From Octopus vulgaris (lineage: Eukaryota): a stretch of DNA of 64,000 nt. Within the stretch, counting starts at the first letter, position 1; every line of letters starts with the position of its first letter. Positions 1-10,689 of the stretch are shown here, in pieces. The notes under the pieces were generated by a model that worked only from the letters and a program-made list of their open reading frames with translations, was not told the origin of the DNA and did not search any database. The translations under genes were made by a program, and so were the position numbers. The stretch lies in the NCBI GenBank assembly GCA_951406725.2, contig OX597840.1, positions 1,922,001 through 1,986,000 on the forward strand, in the 5' to 3' direction.

Positions 1-1468
1 CGCAAAGGCCCTCGAACGCCCCGCTGCGCGGGAACCGAGGATCCATCAGCCAAAACCGGAAAGCAGAAAAGAGGGGGGGGGGCTGCCTGGATGCAAAAAG
101 GTGTATGTGTGTGTGCATTCAGTGTACGGGTGTGCATGTGTGGGTATGTATGTATGTATGTGCCTACATGTATGTGTGCATGTGTGTGTGTGTGAAGTAT
201 GTACGTGCGGTGTGTGTGTGTGAGTGTGTGTGTATGTATGTGCGTATGTATGTGTGTGTGTATGTGTGTATGTATGTCTGTGTGTGTGTGTGTGTGTAAG
301 TATGTATGTGTGTGTGTAAGTATATATGCGTGTGTGTATGTATGTATGTGTGTGTGTATGTGCATGTGTGTCTGTAAGTGTGTGTGATTAAATGTGTGAA
401 TGTATGTACGTAGATGGGTCTACGTATGTGTGTGTGTGAACAGGCGTGTGGGAGGTAGGTGGGTGGGATATAGGTGGGTGTGTGTGTGTGGGTGGTGTGT
501 CCGAAAAAAAAAAAAAAAAAAAAAACGGTCTCAAGAGGAGGGGGCTGTGTTAAGTCCGTGTGGGGTGGTAGTTTGTAGGGTGAAGATGTAGCGTTGCTCC
601 AAGTGGAGCCTGGAAAGTGGGCGACCATTGTGGGGGGCGAGACCAAACACTGAGATGTCATCTCGGGAATGGCCGGCCGAGCGGAAGTGGCGTGCGACGG
701 GAGAAAAAGAGTGTAGGCGAACGTCCCTCAAGTGTTCAGTGAAACGGTCGAACAACCGGCGTCCCGTCTGACCTACATACAGCATCCCGCATAGGTTGCA
801 TTTAATGCAGTAAATAAGGCCAGACGAGGTGCACGTAAAAGAGTGCCTAATGCGTACAGTATGCAGGTTGGAGCCGGTGACAGCGGTGGTGTTGGTGATG
901 AAGGGGCAAGTGTTGCAGCGGGATCTAGAGCAAGGGAATGTTCCGTGTGGGGCTGAGGGGGAAGGAGAGAGGGTGCTGTGGACCAGGAGGTCACGCAGAT
1001 TGCGGGCTCGTTTGAAAGAGGACAGGGGTGGGTTAGGGAAAATGGGGCGGGTGGTGGGATCAAGCTGGAGGCGACGGAAGGCACGTAGTATCTTGCGACG
1101 AAGGGGTAGGGTAGAGGGGTGGAAAAGGAGGGGGAAGGGGGTGCGGTTGGGGGTGGGCGGGGGGAAGGAGACAAGGCGGTAGTGCGGTCGATGCGACGGG
1201 CACGGGTGAGGGCATCAGAGAGGAGTGTGGGTGGGTAACCTCGGAGTCTGAACATGCGGGCCAGGTATTGAGATTGGGTCTCGAAATCCTGGTCGCGGCT
1301 GCACAAACGTCGGAGGCGGAGGAACTGGGAGTAGGGGATGGCTCGTTTGGTGTGGAAGGGGTGGGAGGAAGAGAAGTTGAGATAGAGGTGGGAATCCGTA
1401 GGTTTAAAGAAGGCGGTGGTGGTGAGAGAGCTGGAGGGGTGATCGATGCGGAGAGAGATGTCAAGGAA
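1..1468 (-). mobile_element. Penelope-like retroelement (PLE), 5'-truncated, Neptune-type architecture; 3' terminal repeat runs off the window start
   Basis: Minus strand encodes FLDISLRIDH...FFKPTDSHLYLNFSSSHPFHTKRAIPYSQFLRLRRLCS (PLE RT end/thumb), the Cys linker CSRSRCNTC...CTSSGLIYCIKCNLC, and a GIY-YIG-type domain LIY...YVGQTGRRLFDRFTEH...EQRYI...GLN. The stop at 531 is followed by poly-T, (CA)/(CATA) repeats and a GC-rich terminal segment. Confidence 0.9.
531..1468 (-). pseudogene. PLE ORF fragment: RT C-terminus + Cys-rich linker + GIY-YIG endonuclease
   Basis: ORFs 773..1306 and 531..785 join into one PLE protein with a single frameshift in the C-run near 1150-1165. No N-terminal RT is present. 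Confidence 0.85.
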
Positions 1469-1477
1469 TATATATAT

Positions 1478-1969
<492 letters not shown>

Positions 1970-2144
1970 TATATGATCGTTTTATCATTATATCAGTGGC
2001 CTAGCACTTAAAACTTACCGTATATGTAGCATTAATCCTTTTTACATATATAATTATAACGGTATAATTATAGTTAAGGTCTACTGGAAATGACAATTGA
2101 TAATACTAGAAATTGTTGGCAAGTACCTACAATAAACTCAACAA

Positions 2145-3779
2145 TTGTTTCTCTATATTCAACCATATGCACGAACGAAAGGAAATGAGCAAGGAAATAC
2201 AAAAAATATTGACTCAGCTACTGGCCCCGATGGATTCCCGGCAATCCTCCTAAAAGCATGTAAGAGAGTCCTAGCAAGACCACTGCAGTTCCTCTTTCAG
2301 AGCTTCCTTGCAGCTGGCAAACTTCCAGGAAAACTGAAGGAAGGTAAAATATGCCCCATTCATAAAGGAGGTAGCAGAGCGGAAGCCAAGAACTATAGAC
2401 CTATCTCTCTGACCTCACACATCAGCAAGGTCATGGAACGAATAGTCAGAATGAAGCTGATCACCTTCCTTGAAGAGAATGACTTGCTGCCCGACACCCA
2501 ACATGGTTTCCGACCAGGGAGAAGCTGTTTAACTCAGCTCCTACAACACTATGACTGGGTGCTGAAACGGCTGCTCAACCACTCAAATGTGGAAGTGATA
2601 TATCTCGACTTTGCAAAGGCCTTTGATAAAGTCGATCATGGAATGATATGTCACAAACTGCGTGATCTCAACATAGTTGGAAAACTGGGAGAATGGCTTC
2701 ATGACTTTCTGAAGGATAGAAGTCAGGTGGTAGTAGCCAATGGGGCCACCTCCATTAACACACAAATAGTGAGCGGTGTTCCGCAGGGCACTGTTCTGGG
2801 ACCACTACTGTTCATAATGGCCCTCTCAGACATGCCCTCAGCCACGCAGAGAGCCACGATCACAAGTTATGCAGATGATACAAAAGTCTCACAGGCAATA
2901 CAGAACCCTGAGGACTCTAAACACCTGCAATGTGAGCTGGACGAAATATACAAGTGGGCTGAAAAGAATAGCATGCAGTTCAATGCTGGAAAGTTTCAAG
3001 CTTTATACTATCAGCATGCAAAACTGAATGCAATACCCAATGAATACACTGGACCCGGAGGGATTGCAATCCCAGAGGCACAATCAGTGCGTGACCTGGG
3101 TATTCACATGAGTGATGACGCGACCTTTCATGTACATGTTGCTAAACTGACAATGAAATGTAGACGGCTGGCTGGCTGGATTCTTAGAACCTTTAGAACA
3201 AGAGAACAAGAAACCATGATGGTCCTCTGGAAGACACTTGTCCTAAGCCACTTTGACTATTGCTCTCAGCTATGGTCACCATCCAGTGTCAAGTTGATCA
3301 CAGAACTTGAGGCGATCCAACGAAGCTACACAAAGAAGATAGCCTCTATGCAGAATGTAAGCTACTGGGAAAGACTCAAGAGATTAAAATTATATTCCCT
3401 GGAGCGTAGGCGGGAAAGATATGCCATAATATACATCTGGAAGATCCTGGAGGGAAGTGTCCTGAACTTTGGCATCGAGAGTTACGCAAATGCCAGAACT
3501 GGGCGCCACTGCGTGGTGCCTAGGACTCCAAACCTGCCATCAAGATGTAGGACAAGATTCTGTGATAGCCTGGGCTTCCGAGGCCCACAGCTCTTCAATA
3601 TCCTCCCGAAGAACCTGAGAGACCTGCATGGGGTGGATACAGATGTCTTTAAAATGAAGCTGGATCTCTTCCTGTCAGGTGTCCCAGATGAACCAACTTC
3701 ACGGCAGGAGGGGCAGATGAGGGCAGCTGCATCGAACTCTCTCATGCACCAAATAGCAGTTGCTAGAAAGCCTCCATGA
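2145..3779 (+). CDS. LINE ORF2 reverse transcriptase, C-terminal part with open frame and no endonuclease
   Basis: 544-aa uninterrupted ORF. The first ~21 codons come from flanking DNA (TTG start); LINE-like sequence begins at IDSATGPDG. Confidence 0.85.
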   Translation: MFLYIQPYARTKGNEQGNTKNIDSATGPDGFPAILLKACKRVLARPLQFLFQSFLAAGKLPGKLKEGKICPIHKGGSRAEAKNYRPISLTSHISKVMERIVRMKLITFLEENDLLPDTQHGFRPGRSCLTQLLQHYDWVLKRLLNHSNVEVIYLDFAKAFDKVDHGMICHKLRDLNIVGKLGEWLHDFLKDRSQVVVANGATSINTQIVSGVPQGTVLGPLLFIMALSDMPSATQRATITSYADDTKVSQAIQNPEDSKHLQCELDEIYKWAEKNSMQFNAGKFQALYYQHAKLNAIPNEYTGPGGIAIPEAQSVRDLGIHMSDDATFHVHVAKLTMKCRRLAGWILRTFRTREQETMMVLWKTLVLSHFDYCSQLWSPSSVKLITELEAIQRSYTKKIASMQNVSYWERLKRLKLYSLERRRERYAIIYIWKILEGSVLNFGIESYANARTGRHCVVPRTPNLPSRCRTRFCDSLGFRGPQLFNILPKNLRDLHGVDTDVFKMKLDLFLSGVPDEPTSRQEGQMRAAASNSLMHQIAVARKPP

Positions 3780-3847
3780 AGTGAAACCAAGTAGCAACAC
3801 CAAATGGCGGTGCCCCAGCATGGCCACAGCTCATAAGCTGAAACTAG

Positions 3848-3880
<33 letters not shown>
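2209..3880 (+). mobile_element. CR1/Jockey-group non-LTR retrotransposon, 5'-truncated, young, (AATC)n tail
   Basis: RT motifs GPDG, NYRPISLTS, QHGFRPGRSC, YLDFAKAFD, GVPQGTVLGPLLF, YADD, RDLGI and SYWERLKRLKLYSLERRRER; short 3' UTR; (AATC)n tail at 3848-3880. Confidence 0.95.
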
Positions 3881-3882
<2 letters not shown>

Positions 3883-3939
3883 TCTATACCTCGAGATTTC
3901 ACGATCTGCAAAATTTTGCTTTGTGATCTTCAGTAGAAT
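3881..3939 (-). ncRNA. Type I hammerhead ribozyme motif
   Basis: Minus strand: attcta CTGAAGA tcacaaagcaaaattttgcagatcgt GAAA tctcgagg TA tagaat. Helix I is 6 bp, helix III contains palindromic ctcgag, and the base of helix II is weak. Confidence 0.7.
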
Positions 3940-4051
3940 ATACCATTAATATATAAACGAGGAATATAGGTACCCACTGGTAAATTCCTCCGCAGGTACT
4001 AATATCCACATACATTTCCTGCGTGTATATATATATATATATATATATATA

Positions 4052-4278
4052 CCTATTTCTTTATTACCCACAAGGGGCTAAACACAGAGGGGACAAACAA
4101 GGACAGACATAGGTATTAAGTCGATTACATCGACCCCAGTGCGTAACTGGTACTTAATTTATCGACCCCGAAAGGATGAAAGGCAAAGTCGACCTCGGCG
4201 GAATTTGAACTCACAACGTAACGCAGACGAAATACCGCTAAGCATTTCGCCCGGCGTGCTAACGTTTCTGCCAGCTCG
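4052..4278 (-). mobile_element. SINE family B (tRNA-like head, Meta-domain-like body)
   Basis: Minus strand gagctggcagaaacgttagcacgccgggcg...gagttcaaattcc (B box)...gcctttcatcctttcggggtcgataaattaagtaccag. Copies at 20128, 30395 and 54910. Confidence 0.85.
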
Positions 4279-4292
4279 CAACTATATATATA

Positions 4293-4485
4293 CCCTTCTG
4301 TCCGAAGTCAGTCGCCATGATGTATCGTTAGCCACCACACACATTTTTTTCTCCGTTTCTGTGTCTCTTTCTGTAGAAGAACGTAGGCTCGAAACGTAAA
4401 AGACTTTTTGTATTCCTGAGCGTTATACTAATACATCTGTTTGTTTTCTACACCATCTGTCTACACCATCTCCCTTTGTTATCTG

Positions 4486-4490
<5 letters not shown>
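4293..4490 (+). mobile_element. Short PLE-terminal-like repeat with variant hammerhead (CTGTAGA core)
   Basis: cttt CTGTAGA agaacgtaggctc GAAA cg TA aaag at 4367-4402. Homologous to 27875-28070, 14956-15025 and 31885-32050; followed by (TA)n. Confidence 0.7.
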
Positions 4491-4546
<56 letters not shown>

Positions 4547-4648
4547 TAAATCTGAACTAAGCGAAGGACAAGCGTAAAAATGAACAATGCGAGGACATGG
4601 TACATGCAGCAAAGTATTAGCAGACGCTCCGTGAAGGATAGAAAGTTG

Positions 4649-4683
4649 GTTTTACGTTTCCAGCAAAGCTCTTCTTCAGGAAC
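4649..4683 (-). ncRNA. Minimal type I hammerhead motif within a short repeat (~4546-4735)
   Basis: Minus strand gttc CTGAAGA agagctttgctg GAAA cg TA aaac; canonical core, weak helix I. Confidence 0.55.
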
Positions 4684-4761
4684 GGGAGAGAGAGGAAAGT
4701 TAAGACAAAGTAAAAATTGCCAACGATTCACATACCGTTGCTTTTGAAAATAAATATATAT

Positions 4762-5175
4762 GCTGCAGTCATGTTGACGCTGCTGCACCATTATTTGAAA
4801 CCTCCCCTGATATGTTTCATTGGTGAATGGGGAAATTTGATGCCGTTGCTCTTATCTGTATTTCCTGCCGTAAGGTAGGCTCATCTGGAATCATTGACAG
4901 GAGGAGATCCAGTTTTGTTTGAAGACACCTACATCCACAACATGCAGGTCTCTGAGGCATTTTTGAAGGACATTGAAGGGTTGTAGGCCTTCAAACCTAA
5001 GCTGTCGCAGTATCTGGTACTTTATTTTGATGGACATGCTAGGATTTTTGGTACGTTGCAGAGGTGCTCCGTTCTGCTGTTTAACTTTCAATGCCAAAGT
5101 TTGGTACAGGGCCTTCCAGGATTTTCCACAAGTATATCGCTGCATATCTTTCCTGTCTTTTTCTAGGGAGAAGAG
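4762..5175 (-). mobile_element. Degraded 3' fragment of the same LINE family as 2209-3880
   Basis: Frameshifted peptides RQERYAAIYLWKILEGPVPNFGIES and LRFEGLQPFNVLQKCLRDLHVVDVGVFK. Confidence 0.85.
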
Positions 5176-5916
5176 TAGCTGATATCCCAGTAGCTGATAT
5201 CTTGCGTTGAGATGATTTTCTTAGAGTAGTTTCGTTGGACACTTCGTGTTCCACTGTTAATATATTGTGTGGGTACCACATAGGACACATGGTTTAGATG
5301 TTAGGTAGTTCCGCTCTCCATCGCTTCATCGCGATTTCAATTCCTGAACCAGGTGGTGCATTATGCATTATTTAAATGAGCAAAACACTTCATCTCAGCG
5401 ATCATATCGACACCTGACGCATGGAACACAGCTCACCTGTTCAAAACACGTTGATTTGATAGAGTAAGCTTATGAGCGACACAAACATAAATTTACAATA
5501 AACACACCGTAAGTGCTATTCATTCGGGAGAAACTGAATGCTGTAATGTCGAGTTCTAGGGGAGATTCTATACACAGTTACATACATACATATGTATATT
5601 TATTTACATTTATATCTATGTGTACGCATCAATGAAGCAGGGGGTTTGTAATGTGCATAACGTGAGATGTTGCCATTAAGTTAACGGTGACATCGGCAAA
5701 TAACGGCCCAAAACCCCAGTAATATCTATATATATGTATAGCTAAAAACATATATACTTAGATACTGATAGTTGTACATTCATAAATCTATATATGTTAC
5801 ATATTGATATAATGTTTATATAGAAGTAGGCATATATCTGCAGTTATATAATTATATATAAATATATATATATATATAAATATATAATATGCACACACGC
5901 ACAAAAATATATATAC

Positions 5917-5961
<45 letters not shown>

Positions 5962-6579
5962 CATATACACAAACATATACATATATATTTGTATATATAC
6001 ATATACGTATATATGTATATATATATATATGTATGTATATGTATACACATGCACACATATATATATATGTATGTATACATATACGTATATATGTATATAT
6101 ATATGTATGTATATGTATATATATATATGTATATATGTATGCGTGTGTGTGTCTTTCTATACATGTACGTATGTATGTATGCATGTATGTATCAATATAT
6201 ATATATATATATATGTATGTATGTGTGAAATAGTTTGGAGCTTTCAATCACCGATGTGAGCTGTAATGTACGTTTATAGGAAATATATATAAGAAACCAA
6301 TGAAATCAGTGTTTGAAGCAATGGTTATATAGGGTTGCTTCAGAGATACTTTACTGTCGATCTAGTCATTTTAATTGGGCATATAGTACGCTTAAAGACC
6401 ATAATTGCTTTTTAGAAATGTGCAATATTTAATATTGATAACACTCATATATCTTGCATATTAACACAGATATTCATACTTATATCACGTATATACAAAT
6501 GTATGTCTTTTTACAAGTACATACTGACATACGTATATGTATATATATATACATATATATATGTACATATGTATAGATG

Positions 6580-6623
<44 letters not shown>

Positions 6624-6720
6624 TATGCATAAATAAACACACGCTCACTTATTGGTATATATACTTTATCTTTATATATAAGAAGATACAGACGAAAACA
6701 GAAGTATACGAATACTTGTG

Positions 6721-6804
<84 letters not shown>

Positions 6805-6857
6805 TTTATATCTAATTCATATATTATATATATATATGTGTATGTAAATATATGTAG

Positions 6858-6888
<31 letters not shown>

Positions 6889-6934
6889 TGTGAAATATGT
6901 AAATATATGTATATATATATACATATACATACAA

Positions 6935-6970
<36 letters not shown>

Positions 6971-7400
6971 ATATATATATATATATATTTGTGTGTGTAT
7001 GTGTGGTTAATTACGTATGCATATACGTATATATGTATGTATATCAATTTTAGTTACCTCTCTTGCTATCTTTACACCAAAACCGCGGTCTCGATGCTAC
7101 TCTCTTCTTCTCCCACACCATCTTAGATTGCGTCTTAATTCTATCTCTATGTTGAGAGAAAGGAATACAAATATTTATCACCCCAAGCAGTGTATAACCG
7201 CAATTGCTTGCATAGATTTTCTTGGAATAATTTATCTTCTGGTGATTGCAGTGAGAAAATGTGATGTGTGACATAAACAAACAGACCGACTACACGTATA
7301 CCTCTACACACTCGAGTGCAAACACGCAACATTATTATGTATACGATTATATACATATATATGCACGGAAATATATATATATATGTTAATTTCTCTCTTC

Positions 7401-7434
<34 letters not shown>

Positions 7435-7497
7435 GTATATATGTGTGTGTGTATATATGTATGTGTGACAGTATAAAGAGATATATACGTATATATG

Positions 7498-7533
<36 letters not shown>

Positions 7534-7597
7534 TAGATATATGAATATATATATATTTGAAAATGTCTCTTATATTGTGCATATACTTAAATACAAA

Positions 7598-7704
<107 letters not shown>

Positions 7705-7851
7705 TCATATGTATGTATATATGTATATATATGTGTGTGTGTATGTGTGTGCATATATATTTATTGCACCAGATTTGAGAATTGAAATAATGGATGCGTT
7801 TGTATGCTTACTTCTATGCATGTATTTATCTATGTATATACATAGACACAG

Positions 7852-7895
<44 letters not shown>

Positions 7896-7902
7896 GTATA
7901 TG

Positions 7903-7952
<50 letters not shown>

Positions 7953-8442
7953 TATATTAAAAGAACTGGAAAGAGAAAAAGACGCAATACAATATCAATT
8001 TCTTAGACATATCAGTGATGTACATACATAAATATTCCCATATATATATATACATAGATACACACAGAGACAATCTCTGTCAAAACTACACATGTGTACG
8101 TAAATGCTAATATATAGAGCATGTATAAACACAGACAGATAACTGGCTAGATTAGCCATTAGATAGTTATATGCAAACAGATAGACATCTCCAATCATTT
8201 GTAATGGTAATTTTTGTCATTATGTGAAATTGAATGAAACGAAAAATTCATTTGAAAATTTCTTTTTTTTAAGAAATCCATTTATAAGATTTATTAATGG
8301 CAAATCATCAACAGCTACATTGAATTTGTATTCAGGTGTCGCCATATCGATAAGTAATATGGATGTTTCTATGACTAGTATATACATAGCAATGTCTGTG
8401 TGTGTATATAAGTAAATATGAATACTTATGTACATATATACC

Positions 8443-8499
<57 letters not shown>

Positions 8500-8661
8500 T
8501 ATATATTGATAGATAGATAGATAGAATAGATAGATATACTGTATATATACGTATACATTTATATAGATACATGATATACACACGTATATATATAAATATA
8601 TACTGTATATATACGTATATATTTTTAGATATATACATAATATATACATGTATATATTACC

Positions 8662-9072
8662 CTTTACTCTTTACTCTTTTACTTGTTTCAGTCATTTGAC
8701 TGCGGCCATGCTGGAGCACCACCTTTAGTCGAGCAAATCGACCCCAGTTCTTATTCTTTGTAAGCCCAGTTCTTATTCTATCGGTCTCTTTTGCCGAACC
8801 GCTAAGTGACGGGGACGTAAACACACCAGCATCGGTTGTCAAGCATTGCTAGGGGGACAAACACAGACACACAAACACACACACGCATATATATATACAT
8901 ACGTATATACGACGGGCTTCTTTCAGTTTCCGTCTACCAAATCCACTCACAAGGCATTGGTCGGCCCGGGGCTATAGCAGAAGACAGTTGCCCAGGATGC
9001 CACGCAGTGGGACTGAACCCGGAATAATGTGGTTGGTTAGCAAGCTACTTACCACACAGTCACTCCTGCACC
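8662..9072 (-). mobile_element. SINE family A (tRNA head, CORE-like segment, internal microsatellite, LINE-derived tail), full length
   Basis: Reverse complement of the 50064-50462 copy: A box tggctgtgtgg-like, B box ggttcagtccc. Confidence 0.9.
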
Positions 9073-9111
9073 TGATTATGTATATATACATACATATGTG
9101 TGTAAATGTTA

Positions 9112-9378
9112 AAAGGGATAAGACCCTCTTTGGTCATGTATGTTCATGTGATTGCGCCGAGAAGATACTCCTCAGAACTCAAGTCCGTGCAAGGTTTGAT
9201 ATTGGGTACTGGCAGTCGCCCATGCATACAGCCCTCCCCTCTGCAAGCCATTGAAAGTGTCCTAGGGAAGGGCAAAAGCTTATTCAATTTGGTACCGGTG
9301 ACGTCGCAACACATTACTACGGCTCAGTGAACTGGAACAGCGTAAAATAAAGTGTCTTACTCAAGAGCACAACATGTA
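9112..9378 (-). mobile_element. SINE family E fragment
   Basis: Similar to the reverse complement of 30330-30592 (gagcaagacactttattt...ggacttgtgccttggagggtaac...atgaccgaagggg). Confidence 0.55.
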
Positions 9379-9445
9379 ACACTGTTGTATGCATATATTG
9401 GCATATATAAATATTCATATATTTATATATATATATATATAAATA

Positions 9446-9679
9446 AGCCTTGTGAGTGGATTTGGTAGACGGAAACTGAAAGAAGCCTGTCGTATATATG
9501 TATATGTATATATATATATATGTGTTTGTGTGTTTGTGTGTCTGTGTTTGTCCCCCTAGCATTGCTTGACAACCGATGCTGGTGTGTTTATGTCCCCGTC
9601 TATGTCCCTCGATTAAAGGCGGTGCTCCAGCATGGCCGCAGTCAAATGACTGAAACATGTAAAAGAGTAAAGAGTAAGA

Positions 9680-9680
<1 letters not shown>
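9446..9680 (+). mobile_element. SINE family A, 5'-truncated with internal deletion
   Basis: gccttgtgagtggatttggtagacggaaactgaa...ggcggtgctccagcatggccgcagtcaaatgactgaaac. Confidence 0.85.
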
Positions 9681-9729
<49 letters not shown>

Positions 9730-9745
9730 TCATATATATGTGTGT

Positions 9746-9801
<56 letters not shown>

Positions 9802-9943
9802 CAGTGTGTATGCTGGTAACCATCTTTGATAACCTTTATCTCTATTTTCATTTTAATTTCCAATTTCCCCGTTAGTGCTTTCGGAACTTTAAATGGTACG
9901 GAATTGGAATTAAATTGATATATATATATATGTATATAAATAT

Positions 9944-10039
<96 letters not shown>

Positions 10040-10088
10040 AGGGAAGAAATGGAGCTGAACGAAGATTCTACAAAATTCATTTTTATTA

Positions 10089-10172
10089 TTTTCTACACAT
10101 GTTTCAAAGGCTGCAAATTTCCAAATTCGGATTGAATAAGGAGACCATTTTGCAGCTTTCTCCTCAGGAAAA
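10089..10172 (-). ncRNA. Type I hammerhead ribozyme motif with long helix II
   Basis: Minus strand: ttttc CTGAGGA g aaagctgcaaa [loop] tttgcagccttt GAAA catgtg TA gaaaa. Lies in a ~370-bp island bounded by (TA)n on both sides (10036-10410). Confidence 0.8.
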
Positions 10173-10407
10173 ACCAGCAATTTAAATCTCCAAACAAATG
10201 CGCAGCAAGCTATTCGAACAAAACGCTCCCTAGGAGCCCTTCTTCCCTTCACTAAATATATAAAACTTCAATTATCCGCGCTAAGGCACGGTTGCGACAC
10301 CCCATGGTCGTAACATCAACCGTGTTTTTTCTGTTGTGATTTTTGCTACCCAGGTATCGGTTAAATTTTGAATAATCCGTAACAAGACAATTCATTTATC
10401 CATTTCA

Positions 10408-10438
<31 letters not shown>

Positions 10439-10689
10439 ACTTTTATCGCCTTGTGCGACCCAGCCTAAATGCTCTGCTTTATCACAAATATTATCACCTT
10501 TTCACAGACCATCATTTTGCGATTTGGTGAACGAAGTATTTCAGTATTCCCTCGGCGTAGATTCGTGTGGGACCTCGGACAGCTGGAGGTCATGTTGTTT
10601 TTAGAAAACTGCTACCTATTTATAATGCATATTGTATTTTTGGAAACGTATGCAATAGCCGTGGTTCTTTGAATCACAAACTCTTGAAG

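Noticed and set aside
2145-2208. N-terminus of the 544-aa ORF as a domesticated RT gene start
   Set aside because: TTG start in flanking DNA; chance read-through into a 5'-truncated LINE.
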